Source of the DNA: an archaeon | Lineage (GTDB): Archaea > Nanobdellota > Nanobdellia > Pacearchaeales > GW2011-AR1 | Reading direction: 5' to 3' | Length of the DNA stretch: 64,000 nt | Assembly: GCA_018694115.1 (NCBI GenBank) | Contig: JABHNB010000007.1 | Location: 1,700-65,699, forward strand | Shown here: one piece after another, positions 28,253 through 37,209 of the stretch | Numbering within the stretch: the first letter of the stretch is position 1 | How the letters are laid out: the number at the start of each line of letters is the position of its first letter | Notes under the pieces: generated by a model | What the model saw: only the letters and a program-made list of their open reading frames with translations | The model's database searches: none | What the model was told of the DNA's origin: nothing | Program-made: the position numbers and the translations under genes

Positions 28253-28471
28253 ATGGGAAGAATCAAAACAACACTAATCAAAAGATCTTCAAGACAACTT
28301 ATAGAGAAATCTCCAGAATCCTTTGGAAAGACATTTGAAGAAAACAAAAAGGCACTTGGAAGTACATTACCTAGTAAAAGAATGAGAAATCAGATTGCAG
28401 GTTATATTGCTAGAATAAACAAAAACACAAAAAAGATAATCGACGACGGCGAATCAAATACCGACGACTAA
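28253..28471 (+). CDS. rps17e: 30S ribosomal protein eS17
   Basis: MGRIKTTLIKR..FEENKK..SKRMRNQIAGYI. Start at ATG 28253. Confidence 0.92.
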   Translation: MGRIKTTLIKRSSRQLIEKSPESFGKTFEENKKALGSTLPSKRMRNQIAGYIARINKNTKKIIDDGESNTDD

Positions 28472-28478
28472 AACTACA

Positions 28479-28808
28479 ATGACAATAGAAAACCAAGAAA
28501 TAAAAGAGACTGAAGAAGAACAAAAATCTGGAGAAAATTCAGTTTTTATTGGAGGGAAACCATTTATGAACTATATCACCGGAGTAGTTATGCAATTCTC
28601 AACAATCGGCGTATCTGAAGTTACAATCAAATCTCGAGGAAAGTTTATTTCTAAAGCAGTAGATGTTGCAGAAGTTGCGCGGAGAAAATTCCTTAAAGAA
28701 AAAGAGGTCTATGTTAAAGATGTTAAAATTGCCAGCGAAGAATTTGAGAACAAAGAAGGCAAGGCAGTTAATGTTTCAACAATGGAAATAGTTTTAGCAA
28801 AAAAATAA
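28479..28808 (+). CDS. albA: Alba DNA/RNA-binding protein
   Basis: VFIGGKPFMNY..IKSRGKFISKAVDVAE..VSTMEIVL. Confidence 0.93.
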   Translation: MTIENQEIKETEEEQKSGENSVFIGGKPFMNYITGVVMQFSTIGVSEVTIKSRGKFISKAVDVAEVARRKFLKEKEVYVKDVKIASEEFENKEGKAVNVSTMEIVLAKK

Positions 28809-28813
28809 TTAGA

Positions 28814-29095
28814 TTATTTTTTATGTTTCTTTACCTTTTTCTTCTCATCAAGTAACCTGTCTAACTTCTTATCAATCTCATTAATCTTTTTCTCAATTTT
28901 TCTAAGTCTTCGACGATCCCTAATCCCCATAATCCCCCGATAAATCAAGTAGATTATGTAAATAATCATCACAATTCCAATAGCTTCAAGAACCGTAACT
29001 AGCCATCCTGCCTGCTCAAGCAATGCTGGAACAATCTTTGTTACAACCTCTCCAACAACATCACTAGCATTTACAACTACCTCCCCTACTGCCAT
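28814..29095 (-). CDS. Small membrane protein
   Basis: Single hydrophobic segment followed by a basic coiled tail. Confidence 0.5.
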   Translation of the reverse strand: MAVGEVVVNASDVVGEVVTKIVPALLEQAGWLVTVLEAIGIVMIIYIIYLIYRGIMGIRDRRRLRKIEKKINEIDKKLDRLLDEKKKVKKHKK

Positions 29096-29166
29096 AAGGG
29101 ATCATAGGAATAGGGGTTTTTATTTGTTTTCAATAACCTTTTAAAGTGATTTTATTTTCTAGTTTT

Positions 29167-29238
29167 GGCTCTGTAGCTCAGCGGTAGAGCGCCGCTCTCA
29201 TGAGGCGGAGGTCCCGAGGTCAGCACTCGGCAGAGCCA
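29167..29238 (+). tRNA. tRNA with CAU anticodon (non-initiator Met or Ile2) and a non-canonical T-loop
   Basis: GGCTCTG TA GCTC AGCGGTA GAGC G CCGCT CT-CAT-GA GGCGG AGGTC CCGAG GTCAGCA CTCGG CAGAGCC A; all four stems pair. Confidence 0.75.
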
Positions 29239-29307
29239 TTTGACCCATAAACCAAGTATCTTATCCAGGACGATAATCTTTTTATACTAAATCTCCAAAC
29301 AATTACT

Positions 29308-29472
29308 ATGATTGAAGATCACTTTGCCCAAGGAGGGTATGTCACAGAAAGAGCAAAAGAAATAGTAAATGGGATAATGCATGACTCAGATAGAACAGAT
29401 AGAATGATCGAGGGAGTATTATTCAATTCAGAAATGATTTTATCAAAGTTAACACCAATAACTTGGAACTAA
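29308..29472 (+). CDS. Putative small protein (54 aa)
   Basis: MIEDHFAQGGYVTERAKEIVNGIMHDSDRTDRMIEGVLFNSEMILSKLTPITWN*; TTTTATA upstream. Confidence 0.35.
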   Translation: MIEDHFAQGGYVTERAKEIVNGIMHDSDRTDRMIEGVLFNSEMILSKLTPITWN

Positions 29473-29487
29473 TAAGAAATTCTAAAT

Positions 29488-29817
29488 TCAGATTCTAAAA
29501 CCATCATCCTCTTTTCTGGGCAGAATATGCAAGTGTGCATGATCAATAACTTGCCCAGCAAACTTTCCATTATTCATGATAAGATTAAACTCTTTTACGC
29601 CAATCTTATCAACGGTTTCCCTGGCAGTCATCAACAATTTTTCATATAACTCCGGAGGCATATCCAAAAAATCTCTATAGTGCTTCTTAGGAATCACCAA
29701 CAAATGCCCTTCAACCTTAGGATTTGCGTCCTTAATCACAATAAAATCGTCACTTTCAAAAACTTTCTCGCTAGAGGTCTCCCCCATAGCAATTTTACAA
29801 AAAATACACTCTTCCAT
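29488..29817 (-). CDS. HIT family hydrolase
   Basis: CIFCKI, GHLLVIPKKH, HAHLHILPR histidine triad. Confidence 0.93.
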   Translation of the reverse strand: MEECIFCKIAMGETSSEKVFESDDFIVIKDANPKVEGHLLVIPKKHYRDFLDMPPELYEKLLMTARETVDKIGVKEFNLIMNNGKFAGQVIDHAHLHILPRKEDDGFRI

Positions 29818-29853
29818 AATAACCTAATTCATTCTCCCTTTAATTATGTTTCC

Positions 29854-30318
29854 TTATCTTCCGGGAGTTACAAAAATCTTATCAGATAATCCTTTAGGAA
29901 GATGATTCATTTCTTCTTCCCTTCCATCAGACCAGACAATCCGGACATCATTCTTATGGAATCTTACACCAGGATAAGCATGAGAGTATATGGTTCTTTT
30001 CAAGGAGTGATTTGAATCATATTCAATAACCTTTAGATCATAAGTACTTTCTCCGACCTTATCTCGCTTGATCTCTCTTTCATAGACCTTATCGGAAGGA
30101 TTAGAATAAATCATAGTGTAATGGGTATGATCCGGATCATGAAAAAAAGTCAATGATCTCGCCCTTCTTCCGCCCTTCCCCGGAATCTCGACGGAATTTC
30201 CAGTGACTTTACTAAAAGCAGTTTGCATTGCAATATGTCCACATCCTGCCGCAGTTGAGGCCACAGCTGCAGCCAAGGTAGCTTTTCCAAAACCTTTGAT
30301 AAAATCTCTTCTTCTCAT
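29854..30318 (-). CDS. Putative twin-arginine lipoprotein
   Basis: MRRRDFIK twin-Arg motif, hydrophobic stretch, lipobox-like AAGC. Confidence 0.55.
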   Translation of the reverse strand: MRRRDFIKGFGKATLAAAVASTAAGCGHIAMQTAFSKVTGNSVEIPGKGGRRARSLTFFHDPDHTHYTMIYSNPSDKVYEREIKRDKVGESTYDLKVIEYDSNHSLKRTIYSHAYPGVRFHKNDVRIVWSDGREEEMNHLPKGLSDKIFVTPGR

Positions 30319-30358
30319 AAAAATCCAACAGAATCATCATTTTTAACTATTTCTATAA

Positions 30359-31693
30359 CTAAATAAGAAGATTCTTAATCCAATCCCCAAATCGGGTAAT
30401 CCAAGTCTTTCGCCTGTACGCAACTCGTACAAACTTATCTGAACAAGAAGGGCAACCCCCACCACAATCCACCCCAGTCTCATCGCCATTCCGAATACCA
30501 TCAAAACAATAATCACAATATTGAGAATTCTCATCATCAGAACCTAAATGAATATTTAAATAAGGTTCATCGCCAGTTTTTTTATCAATCCTCGCAATTA
30601 AAGAATTATCCAATCTATCAAAAACTCCCAAATAATCCTTTCCACATTTCTTAACAGTTTTAGTGTAAATGTCGACATTAACTGAACAATTTCTCATCTC
30701 GTTTTCTGCATCTGCACAACCATTTTTATCAATGCAAACTCGAGATTTAGTTCCACTCAATTTATTTATTGCCCTTCCAGTCAAATCCATAAAGGTGTAA
30801 TCTACCCCGCACTCCGTCCACTCACTACATTCAACTTCGGGAACACAACTTAAACGCGCATCTGCCCCACATTTAAGTTTATTAGGTCTAATAAAAGAAG
30901 TCCCACAACGATTAATATCATTACAATCTGGGACAGTATAGCCGTTTGAACACCCGGACCAAGTGCACTCCCAATCTTCAACACAAGTTCCATCACAATA
31001 TCTTGTTGAATCAGGTACGGAAGTAGGAACGAAACAATCTCTCCTATCTTCACAACTCCTCTTTTGAATACCTTCCTCACAGTCCTCCCATGCAGAACAA
31101 GACCATGCAGACTCGCAAATGGAGGTCCAGACCCTTTCCCTATCTACAAGATCTATTGATAAAATATCTGATTTTTCTTCAGATGTTCCAACAGAAACGA
31201 AATCCTCGGCATCCACCCCTGCCAACGGACTGATACCCCCACTAAGATTCTCTTGACTAATTCCTGAAGGACAGTACTTCACATAAAGACCCCGAGGAAC
31301 ATCACAAACAGGGGAAGAAAAATCCTTTACGATATCCAGAACAACATTTAATGTCTGAGGATTTTTCTCTGCAGGAATCTTAAAGGCACGAGAATCATTA
31401 TTATCTGGAACGTCAGAGATATCAAAGGTCTTATCTGAAAAGTCAAAAAAAGAAAATTTAAGATTATTCACATTATAACTATCAAAGCTTCTCCTTACTT
31501 CCATGAATATATTCTTACTATAAGCATCATAACATAGATCATAAATAAAACTCGCCACATTATTTACATCAATACATTCCTCCGCATCTAAAATAGATTC
31601 CTCTCCGGAAAATTCTAACGCAACATAGACTAAAACGAGAAGAATAATAACAATCACAGAGATATTGATCCAAGTCACCCATTTCTTTTGCAT
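30359..31693 (-). CDS. Membrane-anchored Cys-rich surface protein
   Basis: N-terminal TM; repeated WxCxxWxxC motifs; CFDGIRNGDETGVDCGGGC. Confidence 0.7.
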   Translation of the reverse strand: MQKKWVTWINISVIVIILLVLVYVALEFSGEESILDAEECIDVNNVASFIYDLCYDAYSKNIFMEVRRSFDSYNVNNLKFSFFDFSDKTFDISDVPDNNDSRAFKIPAEKNPQTLNVVLDIVKDFSSPVCDVPRGLYVKYCPSGISQENLSGGISPLAGVDAEDFVSVGTSEEKSDILSIDLVDRERVWTSICESAWSCSAWEDCEEGIQKRSCEDRRDCFVPTSVPDSTRYCDGTCVEDWECTWSGCSNGYTVPDCNDINRCGTSFIRPNKLKCGADARLSCVPEVECSEWTECGVDYTFMDLTGRAINKLSGTKSRVCIDKNGCADAENEMRNCSVNVDIYTKTVKKCGKDYLGVFDRLDNSLIARIDKKTGDEPYLNIHLGSDDENSQYCDYCFDGIRNGDETGVDCGGGCPSCSDKFVRVAYRRKTWITRFGDWIKNLLI

Positions 31694-31729
31694 ATAATCT
31701 CTAAAGAAAAAGGGTTTATATTCTTTTCA

Positions 31730-34165
31730 TCATCGCTTGTTCATTGCCTTAAACCATTCCTTACTTCCGATAGTATGATTTTCCTTATTAGCTTTTTCAG
31801 GACTCTTCTTTTTACTTCTTCGTTTTGCCTCAGCCTCTACCGCCTTCAATCTAATCTTAACTTCCCTCTCCCGTTTCTTAGCTGCAATTCTTGATAATCT
31901 GACTCGTGCCTTTTCCTCTTTTGCAATCTTCTTTTCTCGCTTAATCTTCAATCTAGCCCTTATCTTCGTAGCATTCTTAGCCGCCTTTGCATCAATCTTT
32001 GTTTTTCTATTTAGCTCTCTCCCCCTTCTAGAAGCCTCTTTCATTGCCTTCCTGTCTGCTTTTTTCTTATCCCTAGCCATAACCTTAGTTCTCTTAGCCG
32101 ACAGTCTCCTTCGTCTAGTGTTCTCTGCATCGGCCTTAGCCTTAAATTTATCTTCCTCGATCTTTCGTTCTCTAGCTTCCCTAGCCTTTTTAGCCGCAAT
32201 CCCCCGATTCAATTTTGCCCTCTTCTTAGCTTCAACTGCCGCATTCTTCTTAGACTCAATTCCTTGTCTCCGAGATTTCTTTTCTGTAATAATTCTGGAT
32301 CGCTCAGCATCCTTTTCTGCAATTCTCTTAGCCTTTTTAGATTTCTTCGCTGCAATAATCTTTGCCTTCCTATCTATTCTAGCCTTCTTCTTAGAAACTT
32401 TTGCCCTAATCCTCGCATTTTTCTTCTCAGTTCTTTTTGCAATCTTAGCTTTCTTAGCTGCAACCTTAGCCGCCACACGAGCATTTCTCCTTCCATTAAT
32501 TTTAGCAGCCTTAGCTTTCTTAGCTGCAATCTTTTGATTTTCCAGAGAACGTTTATCTTTCAAAATCTTCTCCTTCCTATTCTTTTCAAAAAGTTCTTTC
32601 AGTTTCCTTGCATCTTCTTCCTCTCGTCTCTTATCCAACTTTATTGCCTCTCGGACCTTTTGTACAGACACTGCCTTTGCTTTCCTCTCAGCAATAGCTT
32701 TTTTCTTAAAGGACTCTTCAGCCGCAATCTTTTGCTTCTTAGCCATTTCAATAGCCCGTTTCTCTGCAACTCTCTTGGCTTCCTTCCTTAGTTTAGCCTC
32801 AATTTTCTGTTTCTCAGCATTCTTCTTCGCAATAATTTTCGCCTTTTTCAACATAACCTTAGTTCTCTTAGCTGAAAGTCGATTAGCCACCTTAGTTTTC
32901 CGTTTACCTTCTTTTGCTTTCTTCTTCTGATATTTCTTCTCCATACGAACGACATTGGCCTGAACGATCTTACTCTTCCTCGCCCTTACTAATGCATTTC
33001 GTTTTGCAATCTTTTGGGCAACCTTTCGCTTCTTCATTACAATCTTTTTAGCCTTTCTTGCTGTCTTTGCATCAACAGCTTTTTTCTTTGCTAAACTTAC
33101 AGCCTTTTTACGTGCCGCAGTCTCCTTGATCCTAACCAAACGAGCCCTATCCGCCTTAGTCTTTTTAGCATCAGCAACCTTTTTAGCCTTCAATTCCCTT
33201 ATCTCCTCAATCCGTTTCATTTCAAGTTTCTTAGTAGCCTTTAGTCTCTTTTTAGCCAAAAGATTAGATTTCTTAGTAGCTGCCTTTTTGGCAACTCTAG
33301 TTTGCTTAGCAGCAACTCTCATAGTTTTTCTCTCTGCTCTCTTTCTCTTCCTCATTAAAACTCTTCTTTGTCTCTTAAGTTTTCTATTTACTCGTCTAGC
33401 CTTTCTTGATGCAGCCCGTTTAACAGAAAGATTCTTCCGGACAATCTTTCGCTCATTTTTCTGAGTAATTTTTTCATTTCTCTTAGAAGTCTTTTCAATC
33501 TCTTTCAACTTTATTCTTTTGTTTTTTTCAGCAAGATCCTTCTTAATTAAGGATAACTTAATCGTTTTCCTTTTCTCTAGAATTCTAGACTTTACGATCT
33601 TCCTTACCATTCTAACTTTCATGTTAGCTTTCTTTTTCTTGATAGACACCTTCTTTCTTCGAATAAAGTATCTTTCAACTTTTTCCATAAATGTAGGCAC
33701 CCTGGAAGTCTCCTCAGATCTGTTCTTCCTCCGAATCATAACGATCAAAGAATTCGCAAGAGAATTAACATTTGCTCCAGTTACTTCCTTGGAAAGATAA
33801 TATGTTGAAAACATATTTTTACAAAAAGCTACAGCTTCAGGGTTATGTGCCTTTTCAAAATGAGCAACAAGATCAGAATAGTTAGAATTAAGATGCGTTT
33901 CATACTTCTCCTTAAAGAATTCCTTTGCAGTTCTGCTAACGGAATCAAGTTTTTCCATATCCGGCTTCTCAGATTTCAAAACTTTATTCAATTTATCAGT
34001 CTCGGTTTCTTCAGCAGTCTTCGCCGCCCTTAGATTCTTTCTTCTTTTTATCCTCAACTCAACAATAGTTAAGACGGCAGCTGCAACAATTGCTACTATA
34101 ACAAAGCCTAAAAGAAACGCCACTCGACGATCTGACAATAATGACAACAATGCGTACCACCCCAT
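31730..34165 (-). CDS. Membrane-anchored, very long Lys/Ala/Arg-rich low-complexity protein
   Basis: 811-aa uninterrupted ORF; N-terminal TM, a small helical domain, then about 640 aa dominated by K/A/R. Confidence 0.7.
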   Translation of the reverse strand: MGWYALLSLLSDRRVAFLLGFVIVAIVAAAVLTIVELRIKRRKNLRAAKTAEETETDKLNKVLKSEKPDMEKLDSVSRTAKEFFKEKYETHLNSNYSDLVAHFEKAHNPEAVAFCKNMFSTYYLSKEVTGANVNSLANSLIVMIRRKNRSEETSRVPTFMEKVERYFIRRKKVSIKKKKANMKVRMVRKIVKSRILEKRKTIKLSLIKKDLAEKNKRIKLKEIEKTSKRNEKITQKNERKIVRKNLSVKRAASRKARRVNRKLKRQRRVLMRKRKRAERKTMRVAAKQTRVAKKAATKKSNLLAKKRLKATKKLEMKRIEEIRELKAKKVADAKKTKADRARLVRIKETAARKKAVSLAKKKAVDAKTARKAKKIVMKKRKVAQKIAKRNALVRARKSKIVQANVVRMEKKYQKKKAKEGKRKTKVANRLSAKRTKVMLKKAKIIAKKNAEKQKIEAKLRKEAKRVAEKRAIEMAKKQKIAAEESFKKKAIAERKAKAVSVQKVREAIKLDKRREEEDARKLKELFEKNRKEKILKDKRSLENQKIAAKKAKAAKINGRRNARVAAKVAAKKAKIAKRTEKKNARIRAKVSKKKARIDRKAKIIAAKKSKKAKRIAEKDAERSRIITEKKSRRQGIESKKNAAVEAKKRAKLNRGIAAKKAREARERKIEEDKFKAKADAENTRRRRLSAKRTKVMARDKKKADRKAMKEASRRGRELNRKTKIDAKAAKNATKIRARLKIKREKKIAKEEKARVRLSRIAAKKREREVKIRLKAVEAEAKRRSKKKSPEKANKENHTIGSKEWFKAMNKR

Positions 34166-34267
34166 AGGAATTATAGATAAAAGGTATATAAAAAGGTTAT
34201 CATCAAAAGGGATAATTGAAAAAATCCAACCGGAAACCTTTAAATACCCGAATCATCAAACACAATT

Positions 34268-34513
34268 ATGGTAAACGGAATCGAAAGACCTTTGGATTTG
34301 CTGAATTCAGCAAAAGGTAAAGAGATTTTAGTGCAGCTAAAATCCGGCAAGCAATTTGTTGGAACTCTTTTAGCGTTCGACATCCACATCAATGTGGTTT
34401 TAGACAACGCAAAAGAAATTGAAGGCGGAGAACAGACGAAGAGCTACGGCTTAACGTTCCTTCGAGGAGACACAATTGTCTTCATCTCGCCATCATCTGC
34501 AGCTAAAGCATAA
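34268..34513 (+). CDS. Sm-like archaeal protein (Lsm)
   Basis: GKEILVQLKSGKQFVGTLLAFDIHINVVL (Sm1), FLRGDTIVFISP (Sm2). Confidence 0.93.
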   Translation: MVNGIERPLDLLNSAKGKEILVQLKSGKQFVGTLLAFDIHINVVLDNAKEIEGGEQTKSYGLTFLRGDTIVFISPSSAAKA

Positions 34514-34585
34514 GAATTGAGTGTTTGTCGGATTGATTTCACTACGACACAAATTCTAATAACTTTACAGATAGTGGTAACTGGA

Positions 34586-34786
34586 TTATTTAGTTTTTTT
34601 AGTCTTAAGAGAACGTCCAAATCTAATTTTATTTAGATATCTCTCCGGGATGGGATATCCTAAAAAACCAGCCCCTAGAATAAGAAAAAGTATTCCCTGA
34701 AGAATGGGTAGAAATAAGCCTAAGACCCCCAAGATTATAAAAATAATTCCTAAAAGAATTCTAACTCCGGATAATTCCTTTTCCAT
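34586..34786 (-). CDS. Small membrane protein (DUF454-like)
   Basis: MEKELSGVRILLGIIFIILGVLGLFLPILQGILFLILG. Start taken at 34786. Confidence 0.55.
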   Translation of the reverse strand: MEKELSGVRILLGIIFIILGVLGLFLPILQGILFLILGAGFLGYPIPERYLNKIRFGRSLKTKKTK

Positions 34787-34820
34787 AAAAATTTCAAGAA
34801 GGGGCAACTTATAAATTATC

Positions 34821-35750
34821 CTACAATTCCATCTTATCCAAATCTTCCGGAATACTAACTTCAATTCCACCTTTTCCAGATCCGCCGATTGCCTTCTTAA
34901 CCTCTCCAAGAATAACCTTTGGAATAGCCTCATATCTCTGACTCAAATGCATCAAAGCCAATTTCTTAACTTTAGCCTTCTTAGCAATAGCAGCAGAGTC
35001 CACAGAAGTCAAGTGTGCGTGCTCAAAAGCAATTTCTTTTTCTTCCTTGGAATAAGTAGTCTCACAAATTAATAGTTCGGCATTCTTGGAAATCTTTATA
35101 GCATTTGGAGTCATTCTAGTATCCATCACAAAAGAAATTTTCCTAGAGGGTTCAACATACCGTAGCTTCTTCCCGTCAATCTTTTTATCCCCAATCTTAA
35201 CAGTTTTACCCTTGGTCAATTCTCCAATCAAGGGAGAATTAGGCAACTTCAATTTCGCAAGCTTCTTCTTGTCAATTCTATTTTGTTCCTTAACCACAAA
35301 AGAATATGCATTCGCAGGAGAATCGTGATCCATCGAAAGAGCTTCAACAAAGAATTCTTTCTCATCTATAAAAACGCCTTCTCTCACTTCATGAACTTCT
35401 AAACTCAATTTCTCGCCCTTATGTGCAAACAAATCAAGATAAAGTCTCATCTTTCGTCTTGTTCCTGAAGGCCCATAAATCTTAAGGGTTTTATTATATC
35501 CATTAAGCATCATCGTCTGCAAAAGCCCAGGCAATCCCAGTACATGATCTCCATGCCAATGACTAATCAATATCCTAGTAATCTTACAAGGGTTAAGCTT
35601 CGCTTTCCGAAACTGCCTCTGAGTTCCTTCCCCACAATCCATCAGAATATTTTCATTCTTATACTTCAAAAGCACAGCTGGATGATTCCTCCGAGAAGTC
35701 GGAACAGCACTTCCAGTACCCAAAAAAGTTACGTCAATCTTTTCTGCCAT
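34821..35750 (-). CDS. rnz: Ribonuclease Z
   Basis: FLGTGSAVP, DCGEGTQRQ, SHWHGDH, CETTY, HLSQRY. Confidence 0.96.
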   Translation of the reverse strand: MAEKIDVTFLGTGSAVPTSRRNHPAVLLKYKNENILMDCGEGTQRQFRKAKLNPCKITRILISHWHGDHVLGLPGLLQTMMLNGYNKTLKIYGPSGTRRKMRLYLDLFAHKGEKLSLEVHEVREGVFIDEKEFFVEALSMDHDSPANAYSFVVKEQNRIDKKKLAKLKLPNSPLIGELTKGKTVKIGDKKIDGKKLRYVEPSRKISFVMDTRMTPNAIKISKNAELLICETTYSKEEKEIAFEHAHLTSVDSAAIAKKAKVKKLALMHLSQRYEAIPKVILGEVKKAIGGSGKGGIEVSIPEDLDKMEL

Positions 35751-35774
35751 GAATATACTAGAGAAAGAAGCTTT

Positions 35775-36323
35775 TTATTTCTTTTCAAGTAACCTGCAAG
35801 AATTATCTGCAACAATATGCTCCATATAAGTTTCATCATATAACATATTTTTTAAAACAGAAATAGGATTAAAAATAAAATTAGAAACAGTACCTACAAA
35901 CATTGGGAAAAATGCCCGGGTTCCAGTAGGCCTAACGCCGAGAGAACAATAAGCAAAATAATTGGCTTCATCTTCTCTAATCCGCCTAGCTTCATCCAAA
36001 TGACTCAAAAGAATATGTCCAAATTCATGAGCACGGGCAAATTCAGAAAAAGTTTTAGGCAAAAAAATTGAATAGGGCTGAACCACAACAGTCCTAGAAA
36101 CAGCCTCCGAAAAAGGGATAACTGCTCTTTTATCTTCAAAATAATGGATATTTTCTCCCTCCGAAAGAGCATTCCAATTTATCCCATCAAACCCACAATA
36201 TTTAAACAGCATTTCCCCAGCAACATCTTCAATAATATTTTTTCTACTCCTCCAAACATTTGGATAAATATCCATAATCTCATCTAGAGACATTCTACTA
36301 GCCGATTTTTTATCCATCTTCAA
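35775..36323 (-). CDS. ImmA/IrrE-like HExxH metallopeptidase-domain protein
   Basis: FARAHEFGHILLSH..EDEANYFA. Confidence 0.6.
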   Translation of the reverse strand: MKMDKKSASRMSLDEIMDIYPNVWRSRKNIIEDVAGEMLFKYCGFDGINWNALSEGENIHYFEDKRAVIPFSEAVSRTVVVQPYSIFLPKTFSEFARAHEFGHILLSHLDEARRIREDEANYFAYCSLGVRPTGTRAFFPMFVGTVSNFIFNPISVLKNMLYDETYMEHIVADNSCRLLEKK

Positions 36324-36346
36324 TTTATCAGAACTCTTTTCCCAAA

Positions 36347-36417
36347 AGCAGAGGCCGGGATTTGCACCCAGGATCAGCGGGTTGCAGCCGCTTGCCTTAC
36401 TACTTGGCTACCCCTGC
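36347..36417 (-). tRNA. tRNA-Cys(GCA)
   Basis: GCAGGGG..AGCGG CT-GCA-AC CCGCT GATC CTGGG TGCAAAT CCCGG CCTCTGC T (U73 discriminator). Confidence 0.9.
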
Positions 36418-36465
36418 ACAAAAAAGGGAACTTAACCTTATTTTTAAGGTTTAGGGTATGAAAAA

Positions 36466-36987
36466 TTATAAGCCTCCAAGTAAATTTTCTAAAGCTTTTT
36501 GTTTCTCCCTAAGCTGCTTAGGAGTAAGTTTAGGTTTATTCTTTTCACGAATACACCCCAAGATATAACCCACCTGATTTCGTGTTAATAGGGGAGTTCT
36601 AAGAACTAGATTAACATCTTTTTGAGTTTTTGTTTTAAGAACCTTTACGGCCATCTGCATCATCTGCCATCTTTGTATTGGAGTGCCGGGCATCCCCGGA
36701 AAAGTACGATAACATCCAAAATTTCCGCAGACACTTTCTTTGTGATCTTGGATCTCACAATGTGCTTTTCCCTCATCAACACTTAAATTTTCACACAAGG
36801 TATACTGTCTATCCTTATTCACTTCAGGAATTATGAATTTGTAGCAACAAACGCCACACTGACCACATTCTTCTGTCGCCCACACTGAGCGGCCAAGCCT
36901 AGATAATTGATCTTGTATTTGAACTAGCCTCTCCTCACGAGCAGTTTCAGGAAAGCTTTTGATTTCTTTAGGCAGAGGTCCTTCCAT
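36466..36987 (-). CDS. YkgJ-like Cys-cluster (CxxCxxCC) protein
   Basis: ECGQCGVCC..LCENL..HCEI..VCGNFGC. Confidence 0.6.
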   Translation of the reverse strand: MEGPLPKEIKSFPETAREERLVQIQDQLSRLGRSVWATEECGQCGVCCYKFIIPEVNKDRQYTLCENLSVDEGKAHCEIQDHKESVCGNFGCYRTFPGMPGTPIQRWQMMQMAVKVLKTKTQKDVNLVLRTPLLTRNQVGYILGCIREKNKPKLTPKQLREKQKALENLLGGL

Positions 36988-37031
36988 TTTATTTCTTCAG
37001 AATTCTAAGGCGATTCCTTACCATCACCTTA

Positions 37032-37106
37032 CGGCCCTGACAGGATTCGAACCTGCGACTTCTAGCTTAGAAGGCTAGCACTCTATCCAGGCTGAGTTAC
37101 AGGGCC
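37032..37106 (-). tRNA. tRNA-Arg(UCU)
   Basis: GGCCCTG..CTAGC CT-TCT-AA GCTAG..GCAGG TTCGAAT CCTGT CAGGGCC G. Confidence 0.95.
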
Positions 37107-37209
37107 TTAATTAATTTCCGGCAAATTTGTATTTAAAGTTATTGAATCCAGATAAATTTCATGTAGTGCCTAACAAAACATTTATATACCTAATTGTAGT
37201 ACCTAACTT

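Noticed and set aside
32118-33800. Plus-strand Phe/Leu/Ala-rich ORFs
   Set aside because: Antisense mirrors of the Lys/Arg/Ala-rich gene; no independent signals.
35775-36987. ImmA-like and YkgJ-like genes between tRNAs as a prophage remnant
   Set aside because: No integrase, att repeats or adjacent HTH repressor; best treated as isolated accessory genes.
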